Source: Actinomycetota bacterium
GTDB taxonomy: Bacteria > Actinomycetota > Acidimicrobiia > IMCC26256 > VFJJ01
DNA length: 50,891 nucleotides
NCBI GenBank assembly: GCA_009886115.1
Contig: VFJJ01000187.1
Location: 1-50,891, forward strand
Direction: 5' to 3'
Shown here: in pieces, positions 47,451-50,891 of the stretch
How positions within the stretch are numbered: the first letter of the stretch is position 1
How the letters are laid out: every line of letters starts with the position of its first letter
Position numbers and translations under genes: made by a program
The notes under the pieces: generated by a model
What the model saw: only the letters and a program-made list of their open reading frames with translations
Databases searched by the model: none
Told to the model about the DNA's origin: nothing

Positions 47451-47720
47451 ATGTCCATGATCGGAGCCAACCTCGAGCAGATGCTCACCCTGGCGGTCAC
47501 GTTCGAACGTGACGCCGCCGCCGTGGGGGAGCTGCGGGCCCGCATCACAAACACCCTGGCCAGCACGTCGTGGACAGGGCGGGTTTCCGACACCTTCCGC
47601 GACCAGTGGAACAGTCAGTTCTCGTCCACGCTCGGGCAGCTGCAGGATGCGTTGGTCAACAACGCCAGGGTCGTCCGGGCCACGAGCGACGGGATCAACG
47701 CCGTCGCCAACGGCGGCTGA
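47451..47720 (+). CDS. WXG100 family (ESAT-6-like) protein
   Basis: 89 aa, helical, central W-T-G (STSWTGRVSDTFRDQW); AAAGGAAG RBS. Confidence 0.88.
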   Translation: MSMIGANLEQMLTLAVTFERDAAAVGELRARITNTLASTSWTGRVSDTFRDQWNSQFSSTLGQLQDALVNNARVVRATSDGINAVANGG

Positions 47721-47729
47721 GTCCGAGCC

Positions 47730-47987
47730 GTGCCCAGCTCCACCGACCTCCGGGTGGCGGCCGCCCGCCTGCACCGGCAGGCCGGCACGCTCGGGTCGCT
47801 GCTCACGAGCGTCGAGCTCGGACCTGACGCCTGGTCGGGTCGAGCCGCCGACCGCTTCCGCGCCGAGCTGGAGCGCCGGCGTTCGGACGTTGCGACGGCC
47901 GTCGCTCAGCTCAACCGCATCGCCGACACGCTGATCGTCGAAGCCGCCGTCGCCGACGCCGCAGCCCGCGCCGCCGTCCCAGGCTGA
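47730..47987 (+). CDS. Second WXG100-like protein
   Basis: 85 aa, helical, central W-S-G (DAWSGRAADRFRAEL). Confidence 0.78.
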   Translation: MPSSTDLRVAAARLHRQAGTLGSLLTSVELGPDAWSGRAADRFRAELERRRSDVATAVAQLNRIADTLIVEAAVADAAARAAVPG

Positions 47988-47997
47988 TCCTTGGCGT

Positions 47998-48030
47998 GGC
48001 GCACGTCGGCGACCGTCGCCGGCGTGCGCC
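47998..48030 (+). terminator. 15-bp stem-loop between the WXG100 pair and the ATPase gene
   Basis: GGCGCACGTCGGCGA-ccg-TCGCCGGCGTGCGCC with one G-U pair. Confidence 0.6.
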
Positions 48031-48085
48031 GCTCCCCACCTCGTTCCCAGGACTCGAACCGGGGAACCCACTCCCGAGGACCACG

Positions 48086-50891
48086 ATGACCGACCTGCTG
48101 CGTCTCACGGTCACGAGTGCCGATGCGAGCGCCGACTGGACCATCGGCGTAGCCGATCCGGCGAACCTGAGCCTGGCCCAGCTCCTCGGCACGATCGCGG
48201 CCACCGAAGCCAAGAGCCCCGACGGGAACGCCGGGCCGGGGCCGGGATCGGGGCCGGGATCGGGGTCGGCGTCGGGGTCGGGGTCTCCCGCCACCGTCGT
48301 GGTCGACGGCTCGCCGATGTCGGTCGACACGTCGATCGATCGGGCCGGGCTCCTCCCCGGATCGGTCGTCTCGCTCGAACGCCTCGATTCGATCGACCTG
48401 GTCGGCGAGCTGCTCGTGCTGAACGGCCCCGATTCCGGGCGTCGACACGGCATCGCCCGCCGAGCCGGAACCGTCGCCGTGGGTCGCGGCCCGGGCGTCG
48501 ACGCCGACCTGCTCTCACCCACCGTGTCGCGCCGGCATCTCACGCTCACACCGGTTCACGACGGCGTCGAGATCACCGACCTCGGCTCCTGCAACGGCAC
48601 CACACACGGACGGTCGCCCGTCGGCTCGCTCACGTTGGCGCTGCGCAGCGGACCGACCGAGATCCGTGCCGGAGCAGTGAGGATGGAGCTCCGCCAGCCG
48701 AACCCCGCCGCGCCGGCGGCGGGGGTCGTGCGTTTCGCCCGTCCACCACGGATCAACGAGCCTCGACCCGCCACGACGGTTCCGGCTCCCGCCGAGCCAC
48801 GGCCGGCCCCCCAGCCCGCTCGCTTCAGCTGGGCCACGGCGACGGTCCCGCTGGTGCTGGGGATGGCGATGGCGCTCCTGCTCGATCCCCGATTCGCGCT
48901 CTTCGCGCTCGCCAGCCCCGTCATAGCCGGAGGCACCTGGTGGGAAGACCGGCGACGGTGTCGACGGGAGCTCGGGCGGATCGCCGTCGAGCATTCGCAT
49001 GCCGAGCGCCGCCTGGTCGAGCAGCTCGCGGAACGTGCCGACGAGCTGCGCTCCTGGCTCGACCGTCGCGCGCCACCACCGGGCGCCTGGATCGATCGTG
49101 TTCGTCGAGGGTCGTCGCGGCTCTGGGAGCGTCGCCCAGGACACCACGACCATCTCCTGGTGCGGCTCGGGGAGGCGGCCATCCCGTGGACCCCCGCCAT
49201 CGAGACCACGGCCAGCGCCAGGATCGAGCGACCCGATGGCTCCGAGGTGATCACCGACGCGCCGCTGGCCGTCGCGTTCGGGCCCGGACGATGGATCGGC
49301 CTGGCCGGACCCGAAGACGACGTTCGGGCGTGCGCTCGAGCGATCCTGGTGCAGGTCGTGTGCGGACACGGTCCGGCCGACATCTCGGTCGATCTCCGGG
49401 CCACGGACCCGGCGACTCTCGACCGCCACTGGGATTGGTGCAAGTGGTTGCCCCATCTCGTCGATACCGATGGCGGTTGCGGAGCGATCGAGCCCGACCC
49501 GGCACAACCGCGTGCGACGGAAGCGTCGCCGGTGGACGTCGGCGTGCTCGGCTCGTCGGACGTCGGTGTGGTCGGGGGGACGACGTTCGCGATCGTCGAC
49601 GCGGCCGTGGCCGGGTGCGATCTGCCGGACCGCTGGCGCGACCGCGCGACTGGCATCGTGATCGTGGCTCACCGGCGTGATCTCCCGGCCTGGTGCACGA
49701 CGGTCGTCGACATCACCGGAGCCGGTGTCGCCCGGGCCACCGACGTGCGGTCGGGACTGACGATCGACCCGGTCCTCGTCGACGGCACCGCGCTCGATGT
49801 CGCCACCGAGACAGCCCGAGCCCTCGCTCGCCACGTCGATCCCGAGGTCCGCCGACCCGGCGGGGAGCTCCCCGGCGACGTGGCGCTCACGACGATCCTC
49901 GGTCACCACGCCTGCGACGACAGCGGGCGTCACGACGACGGCGCGTGCGACGACGGCGCGTGCGACGACGGCGTGCAGTCGATCATCGAGCGGTGGACGG
50001 CCAACCCGAGCGGGAGGCCTGCGGCGATCATCGGGGTCACGCCCGACGGCCCGTTCGTGCTCGACCTGGCTGCGGACGGTCCCCACGCTCTGGTCGCGGG
50101 CACGACCGGCGCTGGCAAGAGCGAGCTGCTCCGAACCTTGGTGGTGTCGCTGGCGCTGCACGCCGACCCCGAGCACCTCGCGTTCGTGCTCGTCGACTTC
50201 AAGGGGGGCAGCGCCTTCGATGCCTGTGCGGCGCTGCCCCACACCGTGGGCGTCGTCACCGACCTCGACGAGCGCCTGGCCGCCCGAGCGCTGCGTTGCC
50301 TCGAAGCCGAGCTGCGCCGGCGCGAGCAGATCCTCCGCGAGGCCGGAGCGAGCGACATCGCGCGCTACCACCGGTCCCAGGTCGCGGCAGGTCCCGATGC
50401 TCGCTCGCCCTTGCCCCGACTGGTCGTGGTGATCGACGAGTTCGCGACGTTGGCCTCGGAGCTCCCCGACTTCGTCGCCTCCTTGGTCGACGTGGCCCAG
50501 CGCGGCCGCAGCCTCGGGGTTCATCTCGTGTTGGCGACCCAACGACCGTCCGGCGTCGTGAGCGCGGCGATCCGGGCCAACACCAACATCCGCATCGCCT
50601 TGCGGGTACAGGACTCGGCCGATTCATCCGACGTGATCGACCGGCCCGACGCGGCACGCCTGCCTCGACGGGCACCGGGTCGGGGACTGGTGCGGCTCGG
50701 GCCCGGTGAGATCGTCCCGTTCCAGACGGCGCTGTCGAGCTGCGTGTCGGGGCTCGGTCAGCGACCGGCGATCACCGTGGCCCCCTTCGGTATCGGTGTT
50801 CGCCTCGACACCGTCTCGTCGTCGCCCGAGGCCCCGGCTCGGCCGTCGGATGCAGGCGCCGCACCCATTGCCGCACCCGGCGCCGCACCCG
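48086..50891 (+). CDS. EccC/EssC-like FtsK/SpoIIIE ATPase with ubiquitin-like and FHA N-domains; runs off right edge
   Basis: Absent from the ORF track (no stop). ATG after GAGGA; FHA motifs VGRG…SRRH…SCNGT; FARPPRI; TM hairpin; LWERR; GPHALVAGTTGAGKSE Walker A, DFKGG, VVIDEF Walker B, RGRSLGVHLVLATQRP. Confidence 0.9.
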   Translation, partial: MTDLLRLTVTSADASADWTIGVADPANLSLAQLLGTIAATEAKSPDGNAGPGPGSGPGSGSASGSGSPATVVVDGSPMSVDTSIDRAGLLPGSVVSLERLDSIDLVGELLVLNGPDSGRRHGIARRAGTVAVGRGPGVDADLLSPTVSRRHLTLTPVHDGVEITDLGSCNGTTHGRSPVGSLTLALRSGPTEIRAGAVRMELRQPNPAAPAAGVVRFARPPRINEPRPATTVPAPAEPRPAPQPARFSWATATVPLVLGMAMALLLDPRFALFALASPVIAGGTWWEDRRRCRRELGRIAVEHSHAERRLVEQLAERADELRSWLDRRAPPPGAWIDRVRRGSSRLWERRPGHHDHLLVRLGEAAIPWTPAIETTASARIERPDGSEVITDAPLAVAFGPGRWIGLAGPEDDVRACARAILVQVVCGHGPADISVDLRATDPATLDRHWDWCKWLPHLVDTDGGCGAIEPDPAQPRATEASPVDVGVLGSSDVGVVGGTTFAIVDAAVAGCDLPDRWRDRATGIVIVAHRRDLPAWCTTVVDITGAGVARATDVRSGLTIDPVLVDGTALDVATETARALARHVDPEVRRPGGELPGDVALTTILGHHACDDSGRHDDGACDDGACDDGVQSIIERWTANPSGRPAAIIGVTPDGPFVLDLAADGPHALVAGTTGAGKSELLRTLVVSLALHADPEHLAFVLVDFKGGSAFDACAALPHTVGVVTDLDERLAARALRCLEAELRRREQILREAGASDIARYHRSQVAAGPDARSPLPRLVVVIDEFATLASELPDFVASLVDVAQRGRSLGVHLVLATQRPSGVVSAAIRANTNIRIALRVQDSADSSDVIDRPDAARLPRRAPGRGLVRLGPGEIVPFQTALSSCVSGLGQRPAITVAPFGIGVRLDTVSSSPEAPARPSDAGAAPIAAPGAAP
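49934..49973. repeat. 15-bp in-frame tandem repeat (DDGAC) x~2.7 in the ATPase linker
   Basis: GACGACGGCGCGTGC x2 followed by GACGACGGCG. Confidence 0.85.

Noticed and set aside
48086..50891. Chromosome-segregation FtsK or conjugative coupling protein
   Set aside because: FHA domain, FxRPPR and LWERR motifs, DFKGG and adjacent WXG100 genes point to EccC/EssC-type ATPases.
1..50891. tRNA, rRNA, IS/transposase, integrase or prophage genes
   Set aside because: No such motifs recognised; nearly all sequence is accounted for by other CDSs.

Overview
Very GC-rich actinobacterial chromosome segment. An Acidimicrobiia-like origin is inferred from the gene set (kgd, bpa, whiB1-pdtaS, udgB, paired ArsA ATPases, DUF3107). 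About 47 real coding regions are picked out from many shadow ORFs. Left part (1-21 kb): partial XPB-associated helicase-domain gene, a frameshifted lipoprotein, an acyl-CoA catabolic operon, polyamine-related enzymes, a beta-helix lipoprotein, and a partly decayed GntR-linked catabolic island (two amidohydrolases, class III CoA-transferases, gene remnants) whose promoters share an AATCAGCT motif. Middle (21-46 kb): mostly housekeeping genes (bpa, class II DAHP synthase, kgd, dapA, udgB, DAGK-GDPD-whiB1-pdtaS with a perfect CRP box, thiI, ArsA pair). It also holds an orphan PilT-like ATPase with dead catalytic motifs and an Mrp / SufR-like / cysteine-desulfurase triad whose enzymes lack key catalytic residues. 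Right end (46-51 kb): a compact type VII secretion-like locus (divergent LysM membrane protein, two WXG100 proteins, and a ubiquitin-like+FHA+TM+FtsK ATPase running off the window). No rRNA, tRNA, CRISPR array or transposase was recognised. All calls come from reading motifs by eye; no searches were run.
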